Origin: an uncultured Planctomycetota bacterium
GTDB lineage: Bacteria > Planctomycetota > Planctomycetia > Isosphaerales > Isosphaeraceae
Length of the DNA: 64,000 bases
Assembly: GCA_963737655.1 (NCBI GenBank)
Contig: CAVTTN010000002.1
Coordinates: 352,001-416,000 of the forward strand
Reading direction: 5' to 3'
Position 1 is the stretch's first letter, and each line of letters opens with the position of its first letter. The notes under the pieces were generated by a model. That model worked only from the letters and a program-made list of their open reading frames with translations, had not been told where the DNA came from and made no database searches. Below are positions 10,275 to 19,759 of the stretch, piece by piece. A program made the position numbers and the translations under genes.

Positions 10275-10850
10275 TCAGCGGAGGCTTCGGCCGGCGTCGA
10301 TCGGCTTTCTCGCGACGGGCAGCCAGGGGGAGCGGTCGTCGAGGCGGCTCTGCGGGCCGTCGTCGTTCCGGTCGATCGGCTCGGGCGCTTCCAGACCGTC
10401 GAGGGGGAGGTCGCCGCTGTCCGGGAGGTTCCGGCGCTCCCGGGGGATCTCGGCCATCGGGGTCTTTCGGCCCTTGGACTGAGAGCGGATCGGGCTGGCC
10501 CGGCGGTTCGAGTCGGTCGCGGTCCTTGAGGGCGGGGCGAGGGTGCCGGAATCGAGGCCCTGGCGGCTGATCACGGCCCGGGCGTCGTCCAGGCGGGTGG
10601 CGAGGTCGCCGTTCTCCGACTCGATCTCGGCGAGCTGGGCCTCGATCCTCTTATTCTCGGTGCGGAGCTCGGCGACCTCCCGGCGGGCCTGGTCCTTCTC
10701 GGATTCGAGCTGGGCGACCTCGGATTTCAGGGTGCCGATCATCGTCCCGCGACGGGCCAGGGGGCCCGGCTGGGCGCAGCCGGACAGCCAGGCCATCGCC
10801 GAGGCGAGGAGGAGGGCGGAGGCTCGTCGGTGGAGGGCGGAGCGGTCCAT
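10275..10850 (-). CDS. Coiled-coil lipoprotein
   Basis: Lipobox LSGC followed by a heptad coiled coil. Confidence 0.7.
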   Translation of the reverse strand: MDRSALHRRASALLLASAMAWLSGCAQPGPLARRGTMIGTLKSEVAQLESEKDQARREVAELRTENKRIEAQLAEIESENGDLATRLDDARAVISRQGLDSGTLAPPSRTATDSNRRASPIRSQSKGRKTPMAEIPRERRNLPDSGDLPLDGLEAPEPIDRNDDGPQSRLDDRSPWLPVARKPIDAGRSLR

Positions 10851-10862
10851 GCTCCAAAGCTA

Positions 10863-11243
10863 TCACGGGGTCCAGCCGGCGTCGGGAAAACCTTCGTTCG
10901 TCTTCGCGGCGTAATCGGACGGGGGCCGATCTTCGGGAAGGTCTTCGCCGTCGTCACGACCCTCAGGGGCCGCCGGGCTTCTCAATCGACGGATCGTCAG
11001 GAAGATGGTGAAGGCCAGCGCCGTGAGGATCGAACCGACGACGACCCCGGCCAGGAGGATCCCTCCGCTCGTGCCCTTGACCGGCCCGAAGCCGAACGGG
11101 AAATAGATCTCGACGGGCGTGCTATTGATGACAATGAACCAGAGGACCAGCCCCAGGAGGACCGCCACGGCCACCAGCCGGCGATAGACCCAGAGGTTGC
11201 GGACGAGGCTCGCCGACCGTCGTCGTTTGTAGGGGGCGGACAT
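10863..11243 (-). CDS. LapA/DUF1049-like small membrane protein
   Basis: Two TM helices with FIVINSTPVEIYFPFG between them. Confidence 0.7.
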   Translation of the reverse strand: MSAPYKRRRSASLVRNLWVYRRLVAVAVLLGLVLWFIVINSTPVEIYFPFGFGPVKGTSGGILLAGVVVGSILTALAFTIFLTIRRLRSPAAPEGRDDGEDLPEDRPPSDYAAKTNEGFPDAGWTP

Positions 11244-11276
11244 GATCGGGTCTCCTCTCCTTCGGGCGGTCGTGGG

Positions 11277-12212
11277 TCACGGCCCCTGTCCGGTGAGGAA
11301 CAGGGACGCCTCGGCGAGGTTGCGGTAGAACTCCGCCAGGGGGGGCCAGGCCCAGGGCCATCCCACCATCAAGATCAGGGCGGCCATGCTCAGATAGGGC
11401 CCGAAAGGGATTTCGTGATCCCCGGCCGCTAATTTGGTCTTCGAGAGGATTTTTCGCAAGGCGTTGAGGCCCTTGAGGAAGGCGTGGGCCAGGCCCAGGA
11501 CGGCCCCCAGGAACAACGTGGCCGGGACGACCTGCCAGCCCAGGAACGCGCCGATCATCGCCACGAGCGTGACGTCCCCGAACCCCATCGCCTCCTTGCG
11601 GAAGATCAGGCCGCCGAGGATGCGGATCACCCAGATCGTCCCCCCGCCGACCATCAGGCCGATCCCGCCGACCTTGAGCCCCTCCCACGCCGTGATCGCA
11701 TGGCCGGGATCGGGCCGGCACCCCGGGACGATCGCGCCGAAGAGCAGGCCCAGGGCCATCCCGGGCAGGGTGATGGCGTCGGGGATGGTGTACGTGTCGT
11801 AATCGATGAACGTGGCGATCAGCAGCAGGGACGCCAGGACGAGATGCGAGGCCAGTCGGACGAAATCCTCGGTTTCGAGGCTGGGGATCGTCGATCGGCC
11901 CTTCGGGCCCAGGACGAAATCGGCGAGGAAGATCGCGAGGAAGAGCGACCCGCACAGGGCTTCGATCCCGGGATACCGGGCCGCGATCCGCCCTCCGCAC
12001 GACCGGCACCGGCCCCTCAGGGCGAGCCAGCCGAGGATCGGCACGTTGTCCCGGGCCTTGATCGCGGTCAGGCACCTCGGGCAGTGCGACCCGGGCCAGA
12101 TCACGCTCATCTGGTTCGGGACCCGGTAGATGCAGACGTTCGCGAAGCTGCCGACGACCGCGCCCAGGGCGAAGATCCAGGCCCCTCCCAGGATATACGC
12201 CGTGAGGATCAT
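11277..12212 (-). CDS. pilD: Prepilin peptidase (A24 family)
   Basis: GSFANVCIYRVP, two CxxC motifs, FIDYD, MGFGDV, IPFGPYL. Confidence 0.92.
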   Translation of the reverse strand: MILTAYILGGAWIFALGAVVGSFANVCIYRVPNQMSVIWPGSHCPRCLTAIKARDNVPILGWLALRGRCRSCGGRIAARYPGIEALCGSLFLAIFLADFVLGPKGRSTIPSLETEDFVRLASHLVLASLLLIATFIDYDTYTIPDAITLPGMALGLLFGAIVPGCRPDPGHAITAWEGLKVGGIGLMVGGGTIWVIRILGGLIFRKEAMGFGDVTLVAMIGAFLGWQVVPATLFLGAVLGLAHAFLKGLNALRKILSKTKLAAGDHEIPFGPYLSMAALILMVGWPWAWPPLAEFYRNLAEASLFLTGQGP

Positions 12213-12730
12213 GCCGACCCCCCGAGCCTCTCGACGACGAGCCGGGCCACCTCGTGAGGCGAGAGGCCGTCGGTCGCGACGATTTCGTGGGCCGTCTGGC
12301 GATAGAGGGGTTCGCGGAGGCTCAACACGTCGGCGATCTCGTCCAGGAGGCCCGAGGCGGTCAGCGACGGCCTCCCTCCGGGGTCTCGGCCCAGGCGGTC
12401 GGCGAGGACTTCGGGCCGGGCGGTCAGCCAGACGACCGTGCCGTGCTCGCGGAGCCTCCGCCGGTTCGACTCCTTCAGGATCGCGCCCCCTCCCGAGGCC
12501 ACCACCAGCGAGGTCCCTCGCCCGAGCCGGGTGGCGATCGCCTCCTCTTCGAGGGTGCGGAACGCCGGCTCGCCGAGGAGGGCGAAGACCTCGGCGATCG
12601 GCCGGCCGGCGGCCTCCTCGACGGCCCGATCGAGGTCCAGGAACGGGCGGCCGGTGGCCTCGGCGACGATCCGGCCCACGGTCGTCTTGCCCGTCCCCCG
12701 GTAGCCGATCAGGACGAGGCCCGGGCTCAT
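12209..12730 (-). CDS. aroK: Shikimate kinase
   Basis: LIGYRGTGKTTVG P-loop, GEPAFRTLE, GGG, RPSL and REPLY in the C-terminal part of ORF 12209..14032. ATG at 12730 overlaps the aroE stop. Confidence 0.93.
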   Translation of the reverse strand: MSPGLVLIGYRGTGKTTVGRIVAEATGRPFLDLDRAVEEAAGRPIAEVFALLGEPAFRTLEEEAIATRLGRGTSLVVASGGGAILKESNRRRLREHGTVVWLTARPEVLADRLGRDPGGRPSLTASGLLDEIADVLSLREPLYRQTAHEIVATDGLSPHEVARLVVERLGGSA

Positions 12731-14226
12731 CCCTCGCTCGCCGGATTGAGCTTGCGGCGGACGACCGACCGCATGAGCTCGACCGGCGCCTCGCGCCCCG
12801 TGTAGTAGCGGAACTGCAAGGCCGCCTGCTCGACGAACATATCCACGCCGGTGACCGTCACGCAATCGTGATTGCGGGCGAGCTTGATGAACAGGGTGTT
12901 CTCGGGGTGATAGACGGCGTCGAAGGCCACCATCCCGGGCCGGAAGGCGGCGACGGGGACCGGCGATTGGTTGACGTCCGGGTGCATGCCGACGGGCGTG
13001 CAATTGACGAGGATGTCGCACATCGTGCCGGCCCTCATGGCCCAGCTCACGGCCCGGCAGCCGACCTCCTCGGCGAGCTTCACGGCGCGTTCCTCGTCGC
13101 GGTTGCAGATCGTCACGCCGGCCCCCCGGCGGTCGAGGCCGAAGGCGATCGACCGGGCCACGCCCCCGGCGCCGAGGATCAGCACTTGCTTGTTGTGCAA
13201 CGGGCTCTCGTCGGCGTCGGGCGAGCCGCCGAGGGCGTCTTCCAGGGTGTGCATGGCGGCCCGGTAGTCGGTGTTGTGGCCGACCCACTTGCTCGCCTCG
13301 CGGACCATCGTGTTGCAGGCGCCGGTGCGTTCCACCGACTTGTCCACGGCCGAGAGCAGGGGGATCACGGCCTCCTTGTGGGGGATCGTCACGCTGATCC
13401 CCTGGAGGTCCAGCCACTGGAGGGCGGCCAGGGACTCCTTGACCTCCCCGGCCGGGACTTGCAACGGCACGAGCACCTTGTTCAGCCCGAGCTCGCGGAA
13501 CGCCGCGTTGTGGATCGCCGGGCTCAGGCTGTGGGCGATCGGGTCGCCGATCACCGCGTAGAGCTCGGTCTCGCGGTTGATGTGGTCGTACTGGTAATCG
13601 TCGCGAAGGTCGGCGAACCGGGGCATCCCGGGGGCGAACGTCAGGTCGGGGTTGAAGCCGGAATAGGTGAACGGGGCGCCGAACTTCGCGCCCAGGACCC
13701 GGGTGAAGAACCCCTGAGGCCCCATCGCCACGGCGATCGTCGGCACGCTGGACCTGGCCGCGAACTGGAGCATCCGCGAGGCGTCGGCCAGCGAGCGGCC
13801 CATGGCGGCGATCTTGATGATATCGGGATCGGCGTCGCGGATCTCTCCGGCCAGGTCGTCGAGCTTTTCCGGCACCTTCTTGAAGTCGTGGACCGAGATG
13901 ATTCGCCTGGTCGCGCCGAATTTCGGCCGGGGGATCTCCTTGGCGGTGTCGAGTTCGAGATCGACGTAATCGACCCCCATGACGATCGCCTCGCGAAGGA
14001 GCCTCCGCCGACGGTCCTCCTCGCCCCGCCACATCCCGCCGTCGGTCCCCTTGCGGATGGTGAAGACCAGAGGCGTGGGCCGATCGGCCAGGATCCGCTT
14101 GAGGTCCGGGTCGCGGCGGAGGCAGTCAATCCGCAGCTCGACGAGCCTCGCGCCGGCCTCGGCCGCCGCCTTCCATTCCGCCTGGAGCGACGAATGCCGC
14201 CCTCGTCCGATCGTCACGCAGATCAT
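12727..14226 (-). CDS. aroE: Fused type I 3-dehydroquinate dehydratase / shikimate dehydrogenase (AroDE)
   Basis: ELRID, YVDLE, SVHDF, then GDPIAHSLSP, SVTIPHK, NTD, GAGG, NCTPVGM. Confidence 0.93.
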   Translation of the reverse strand: MICVTIGRGRHSSLQAEWKAAAEAGARLVELRIDCLRRDPDLKRILADRPTPLVFTIRKGTDGGMWRGEEDRRRRLLREAIVMGVDYVDLELDTAKEIPRPKFGATRRIISVHDFKKVPEKLDDLAGEIRDADPDIIKIAAMGRSLADASRMLQFAARSSVPTIAVAMGPQGFFTRVLGAKFGAPFTYSGFNPDLTFAPGMPRFADLRDDYQYDHINRETELYAVIGDPIAHSLSPAIHNAAFRELGLNKVLVPLQVPAGEVKESLAALQWLDLQGISVTIPHKEAVIPLLSAVDKSVERTGACNTMVREASKWVGHNTDYRAAMHTLEDALGGSPDADESPLHNKQVLILGAGGVARSIAFGLDRRGAGVTICNRDEERAVKLAEEVGCRAVSWAMRAGTMCDILVNCTPVGMHPDVNQSPVPVAAFRPGMVAFDAVYHPENTLFIKLARNHDCVTVTGVDMFVEQAALQFRYYTGREAPVELMRSVVRRKLNPASEG

Positions 14227-14356
14227 AAAGGTCGATGGCGCCCCGAGTCAGGGAGAGGAGAGGCCGGGATCATGTCCCCAACGATTCTACGACTTCCGCC
14301 TCGCCGGTCCAAGGCCGAGCGAAACCGACCCGCCCCCGGGGCGGTCGCCGGCCTCG

Positions 14357-15573
14357 TCACGCGTCGATCTTGAGGATCGGCGTGACCTCGCCCGAGGCCG
14401 AAAAGGAGCCGATCAGGAATCGCGAGGTAGTCTGATGACCGAGGAACGCGCGGAGGCCCGGCTTGCCGAGGCTCCGATAAATCACCAGGCCCTCGTCCCG
14501 CCCCCATCCGACCCTGGCCGCGAAGGCCACGTCGGCGCGCAGACCCGCGACTTCTCCGAGACGGTCAAGGCCCGCCATTGCAGGGGCTTGCGGTCCCGGG
14601 CCCGGTCCCAGGAGACGAGCAGGGGCAACCAGGCCCGCCGACCCTCGGCCTTTTGCTGGACCTCGATGCCCCCCTCCACGATCGCGATCGCCCCGCGGTC
14701 GGTCTCATACGGGAGGCTCGGGAGCGCGAGCGGGACGATCCGGGCCGGAAGGCGAGGGCCGGCATCCAGGACGAGCGATCGCGTCCCCTCGGCCTTCGAG
14801 ACCACCCCCCCCGGGGGGATTTCCACCCGGGTGGAAGCGATCTCGGCGGGCCCTTCGATCGCCACGGCCAGGAGGGCGAGATTTCGGCCCCTCAAGAGCA
14901 CGGCCGTCTTGGTGATCCTCGACGTCCCGGCCGACACCGTCCATTCGAGGAAATCGGCGGCGTAACCCGTTCTCCAGATCACGTTTCGGGGCCGCCCCGA
15001 GCCGCCCGGTAGCCAGCCCGGCCCGAGGATCGCCCGACCCGAAGCGGCCAGCTCCAGGCGGTCGGCCCCGGGCCCTCGGCCATCGACGGCCAGGAAATCG
15101 CCCGTCTTCGACCAGTCGGCCCGGAGCATGGCCAGGGGGTGGCCGGGGCCTCCCATCGCGGGCAAGGGCGGGGGGCCGTCGGGGTCGTCTCCGCGCCGAG
15201 GCCGGAACCACCGGGCTGCGACCGTCTCCAGGCCCGGGTCGGCCAGGCGATCGACCCACCGACGGAACACCGCCCGTCGATCGGGCGGGGCCGGCCCCGG
15301 CTCGAAGACCGAGGAACCGTCGGGCCGACTCATCCTCACGGTCGATCGCAAGAGCCCTTCGAGCCTGGCGTCGATCGCCTCGGGCCAGTCGTCGCCCGAT
15401 TCGACCCGGGCGCGATCCAGGACCGACAGGACGGCCCACCATCCGCCGACCGGCCACCGGCGAGGGACGCCCTCGGGGTCCAGGGCACGATCCAGCAGCC
15501 GTTCCAGCTCCGCGAACCGTCGCGAGCCGGCCAGGACCGACACCTTCGTCAGAACCTGCTCGATTGTTGTCAT
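14357..15573 (-). CDS. Conserved planctomycete hypothetical protein, apparent frameshift near 14535
   Basis: ORF from MTTIEQ to ...WRALTVSEKSRVC continues in the 14357..14578 frame (DVAFAARVGWG...YRSL...AFLGHQT). Confidence 0.6.
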
Positions 15574-15862
15574 CGGCGCGACTTTCTGCCTTCGGAACGG
15601 GCGGGCGACCCCGAAGCATTCCTCACGAATCCGCCTGGGATGGAGAAGATTTCGACCGTCCGGCGGCCTTTGCTCACTTCGAAGGCGATGGTGCACAAAT
15701 CATCGTCAACTCCGGGGTCGAAACTGGAGTCCCCCGCGGCAGGATGGCCCCGACAGTGAAAAAAACTTCGACGCCAGGGGTTTCTGTAAGCCGGCCTTCG
15801 ATCATGACTTGGGGAACGTCCTGCCTCGGAGTCATCCGCGTTTCCGAGGGCCGGTGCGGCTC

Positions 15863-15877
15863 TGGCATTCCTGTTGC
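15863..15877 (+). promoter_or_regulatory. Candidate sigma54 -24/-12 promoter
   Basis: TGGCATTCCTGTTGC has exact GG-N10-GC spacing and lies in an intergenic region. Confidence 0.55.
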
Positions 15878-16287
15878 GATTACCTACTCTCGTCGGCCAA
15901 CGAGGGGCGAAAAAGTGGGCCGGAAACGGCCGAGACGCTCCGAGCCAGACGCGAAATAATGCCAGTTGATGAGCCACCCCACCGGCGACGGCCGCCTCCG
16001 TTTCACCACGGAGATGGCTTACCGCCAAGGGGCGAGCGGGTTGCCTCGCACGACCCCCCCGCTCGCCCCATCTCACAAGGAGGCACGGTCCGGATCGCGA
16101 CCGTGCCACCCCCAGCCGGGCCGGCCGGGAGACATTGCCAAAGGGTGACCATGGGAGAGGTGGTCATTCCCAGGTGGATGTCTCTCGGCCGGCTTTCTTT
16201 TTTCCCGGGACGACCGCCGGCCCGTGGCTTGCCGCCGGTGATCCGTTAGACTGACCCTCGGACCAGATCCGGTCGAGGGCCCGGGCG

Positions 16288-17997
16288 ATGAGCGACGACA
16301 GGCCGAGACGGTCGCTGGGGATGCTGCGGAGGCTGGCGGTACCGATCGCCGCGGTCGTCGCCGCCTTCCTCGTCTGGCAGGTCGCCCTGCCTTGGCTGGG
16401 CGCCTGGTACGGGGGCCTGGAACGGGAAACCCGGCGGTGGCTCGTCGTCGGGTTCCTCCAGGGATTGCTCGCGGCCTACGGGATCGTCCTGGTCCTGGGG
16501 CCGATCGTCGCGGCGGTCGCGGCCTGGAGGCTGGTGAAGACCCGCAAGACGGGCCCCCGGCCGATCTGGGCCAGGCTCCTGGCGGTCTCCGTGTCCACCT
16601 TGATGGCGCTGGGGATCGTCGAGGCGGCGGCCGGGCGTTACCTCGGCCGTCACGAGAACGCCGAGGTGTCCGTCCCCCCGCCGGCCCTGACCGCCGGGAC
16701 CGACTCGAAGCGGCCCAGGGAGGAGATCCTCCTGCTGGTCCTCGGCGAATCCTCGGCCCTCGGCGAGCCGTACCATCCCTGGCTCTCGATCGGCCACATC
16801 GTCGCCCGGGAGATCGAGAAGGCGTTGCCGGGCCGGAAGGTCCGGATCATCATGGGGGCCCGATCGGGGGCGCCGTTGACCCCGATGCTCGACGTCCTCT
16901 CCGAGCAGGCCGAGAGGCCGGACCTCGTCCTCCTCTACTCCGGCCACAACGAGTTCCAGGCCCGCTATGCCTGGTATCGGACGGTCAACTACTACTGGGA
17001 CGACGTGTTCCACTTCGACCGACCCGCCCTCTCGCGGATCGCCGGGGAATGGACGCCGCTCTGCCGGATCGTCCGCCAGACGATCGACCAGCAGTTCCTG
17101 GACGTCCCCCCGCCGACCAAGCCCACCCGACTCCTCGTCGATCGGCCGTGCTGCACCGAGCGGGAACGGCGGGAGGTCCTCGAGGTCTTCGAGAAGCAGG
17201 TCGAGGCGGTCGTCGGCTGGTGCGAGAAGGCCGGGGCCCTGCCGATCGTCTTCATCCCGGCCGGCAACGACGTCGGGTTCGACCCCGATCGCTCGGTTCT
17301 GGACCCGATGACCTTGTTGAAGGACCGCGACGCCTTCGAGGCCGAATTCCGGCGGGTCCGGGCCTCGGAAGCGACCGACCCGGAGGGGGCGCTCGCCTCC
17401 TATCGCCGGCTGATCGCCGCCCAGCCGGGGTTCGCCGAGTCGCATTATCGCCTGGCCCTGGCGCTCCGGGCCAGGGGGGAGCACGACGAGGCCCGCCGCG
17501 AGTTCCGCCGGGCCCGAGACCTCGACGGCCTGCCGATGAGGTGCCCGAGCGACTTCCAGGACGCCTATCGGCGCGTCGCCTCGCGCCACGACTTCCTCCT
17601 GATCGACTCGCCCGCGGTCATCGCGAAGGCCGCCCCCTCGGGCTATCTGGACGACTCGATGTTCAACGACGGCCAGCACCCCAGCCTGAAGGCGTACACC
17701 GCGTTGGCCTCGGCGGCCATCGACCAGCTCCGCAAGCGAGGAGCGGTCGGACTGCCGAAGACCGAGGCCCCCCCGCTCGACCCGGCCGTCGTGGCGAAGG
17801 AATACGGGATGGACGCGAAGAGGTGGGCCGAGGTCGCCCGGAGGGTCGAAGCGTTCTGGAGGGTGATCGCCTACATCCGGTTCGATCCGTCGATGAGGCT
17901 CGAAAAGGCCAAGCGCTACCGGGCGGCCGTCGAGAAGATCCAGGCGGGAATGCCGCCCGAGGACGCCGGGTTCTCGGGCCTGGGGACCCAGCCGTGA
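16288..17997 (+). CDS. Membrane-anchored SGNH/GDSL-like hydrolase with TPR-like insert
   Basis: Three N-terminal TM helices, LGESS (block I), GHNE (block III), DGQHP (DxxH) and a TPR-like segment FAESHYRLA. Confidence 0.75.
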   Translation: MSDDRPRRSLGMLRRLAVPIAAVVAAFLVWQVALPWLGAWYGGLERETRRWLVVGFLQGLLAAYGIVLVLGPIVAAVAAWRLVKTRKTGPRPIWARLLAVSVSTLMALGIVEAAAGRYLGRHENAEVSVPPPALTAGTDSKRPREEILLLVLGESSALGEPYHPWLSIGHIVAREIEKALPGRKVRIIMGARSGAPLTPMLDVLSEQAERPDLVLLYSGHNEFQARYAWYRTVNYYWDDVFHFDRPALSRIAGEWTPLCRIVRQTIDQQFLDVPPPTKPTRLLVDRPCCTERERREVLEVFEKQVEAVVGWCEKAGALPIVFIPAGNDVGFDPDRSVLDPMTLLKDRDAFEAEFRRVRASEATDPEGALASYRRLIAAQPGFAESHYRLALALRARGEHDEARREFRRARDLDGLPMRCPSDFQDAYRRVASRHDFLLIDSPAVIAKAAPSGYLDDSMFNDGQHPSLKAYTALASAAIDQLRKRGAVGLPKTEAPPLDPAVVAKEYGMDAKRWAEVARRVEAFWRVIAYIRFDPSMRLEKAKRYRAAVEKIQAGMPPEDAGFSGLGTQP

Positions 17998-18045
17998 GAC
18001 GGCGAGCCGTCCGAGGGGGAGGAGGGCCGCCGTCCCTCGCTCCGT

Positions 18046-18070
18046 CCACTGCCCACTGCCCACTGCCCAC
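18046..18070. repeat. Heptamer tandem repeat (CCACTGC x3.5), solo arm
   Basis: ccactgcccactgcccactgcccac, with no complementary arm nearby. Confidence 0.85.
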
Positions 18071-18151
18071 GGCCCGCGGCCCGCCGCTATAATCCGGTCC
18101 CTCGGATCGCTCCCCGATGCCGCGACGGTCTCGAAGCGAGGTTGTGCCGCC

Positions 18152-19723
18152 ATGTCCGCGACCCAGACGACCAGTTATGACGAAGTGCCGTACAACGACA
18201 CGTGCGTCCCGGGGACGCACCCGGGGCACCTCGCGGCCGTCGCGGCCATCCACGGCCTGCCGATGCCTCCGATCCGAGACGCGCGGGTCCTGGAGCTGGG
18301 TTGCGCCGCCGGAGGGAACCTGATCCCGATGGCCTTGCTGCTCCCCGAGGCCGAATTCGTCGGCGTGGACCTCTCCTCCCGCCAGGTCGCCCAGGGCCGT
18401 CAGACGATCGAGGCACTCGGGCTCCGGAATATCACGCTCCATGCCATGAGCATCACCGACGTCGGCCCGGAATTCGGCAAATTTGATTACATGATCTGTC
18501 ACGGCGTGTATTCGTGGGTGCCCGAGTTCGTCCGCGAGAAGATCCTGGCGATCGCCGGCTCGTGCCTGACCCCTCGTGGGCTCGCCTACGTCAGCTACAA
18601 CGTCTACCCCGGCTGGCACATGCGCGGATTGGTCCGGGAGATGATGCATTACCACTCGCGGACCGCCCCGACCCCCGATGAGAAGATCGCCCGCGCCCGG
18701 GGATTCGTCGAGGACCTCACCGAGGCCCTCCGGGTCTCCGACAGCCCCTATGCGAACATCCTCCGCGACGAGCGCGAGATGATCCGCGAGGCCAAGGACG
18801 CCTACCTGTTCCATGAGCACCTCGAGGACGTGAATCAGCCGTGCTATGTCCATGAATTCCTGGGCCGCGCACGCCATCACGGGCTGAAGTTCGTCTCCGA
18901 GAGCCGGGGGGACTGGGTCGTCGATAGCCTGCCGCCCCAGGTCCTGGACCTGATCGCGTTCTGGGGAGGGGACGACGACGCCCGCCACCAGTACGCCGAT
19001 TACCTGATCAACCGGATGTTCCGTCGGACCTTGCTCTGCCGGGCGGACGTCTCGACGGAGCCGTCGCGGTCGCCGTCGTTCGAGGCGATCCGGGGGATGT
19101 GGCTGGAGGCCGGGGCGAAGCCGGAATCCGACGACCCCGACCTGACCCAGGACAAGCCCGAGGAGTTCCGTCCCGCCGGCGCCAAGACGCGGATCACGAC
19201 GAACAGCCCGGTCAGCAAGGCGGGCCTGACCCTCCTGTTCCGGAACCGCCCCAGGCTCCTCCGGTTCGAGGAGCTGTGGGACCAGGTCCGCGGCGTCTTG
19301 CCGGGCGAGGCCCTGTTCGAGGAGCCCGAGGTCCTGCTGAAATGCCTGCTCCGGGCGTTCCGCTCGGAGATGCTCTTCCTCCACCCCGAGCCCGACGCGC
19401 TGCCCTGGAGGCCGTCGGAGAGGCCGGTCGGGAGTCCCCTGGCCCGGCTCCAGGCGGCGGCCGGCGCCCCCGCCTTGACGACCCTCCGCCACCGCCCGGT
19501 GGACCCCCACGGCGCCGATCGGTTCGTCCTGACGTTGCTGGACGGCACCCGCGACGAGGCCGGGGTGGTCCAGACGATGCTCGACGCGGCCCTCTCCGGC
19601 GAGCTGACCGTCAGCCAGCAAGAGAACGACCTGACCGATCCCGAGGCCATCCGACGGTTGCTGGCCGCGGAGGTCGTCCCCAGCCTGCAGCGGCTGTCTT
19701 CCGAGTCGCTCCTGATCGCCTGA
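18152..19723 (+). CDS. Class I SAM methyltransferase with methyltransferase-regulatory domain (PKMT-like), paralog 1
   Basis: YDEVPY, VLELGCAAGGNLIP, HGVYSWV, YVSYNVYPGW, YLFHEHLE, FRRTLLC, LLDGTRD. Confidence 0.88.
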   Translation: MSATQTTSYDEVPYNDTCVPGTHPGHLAAVAAIHGLPMPPIRDARVLELGCAAGGNLIPMALLLPEAEFVGVDLSSRQVAQGRQTIEALGLRNITLHAMSITDVGPEFGKFDYMICHGVYSWVPEFVREKILAIAGSCLTPRGLAYVSYNVYPGWHMRGLVREMMHYHSRTAPTPDEKIARARGFVEDLTEALRVSDSPYANILRDEREMIREAKDAYLFHEHLEDVNQPCYVHEFLGRARHHGLKFVSESRGDWVVDSLPPQVLDLIAFWGGDDDARHQYADYLINRMFRRTLLCRADVSTEPSRSPSFEAIRGMWLEAGAKPESDDPDLTQDKPEEFRPAGAKTRITTNSPVSKAGLTLLFRNRPRLLRFEELWDQVRGVLPGEALFEEPEVLLKCLLRAFRSEMLFLHPEPDALPWRPSERPVGSPLARLQAAAGAPALTTLRHRPVDPHGADRFVLTLLDGTRDEAGVVQTMLDAALSGELTVSQQENDLTDPEAIRRLLAAEVVPSLQRLSSESLLIA

Positions 19724-19759
19724 GAACCTCCCCCCAACGACCTCGGACGAGACCGGCCC

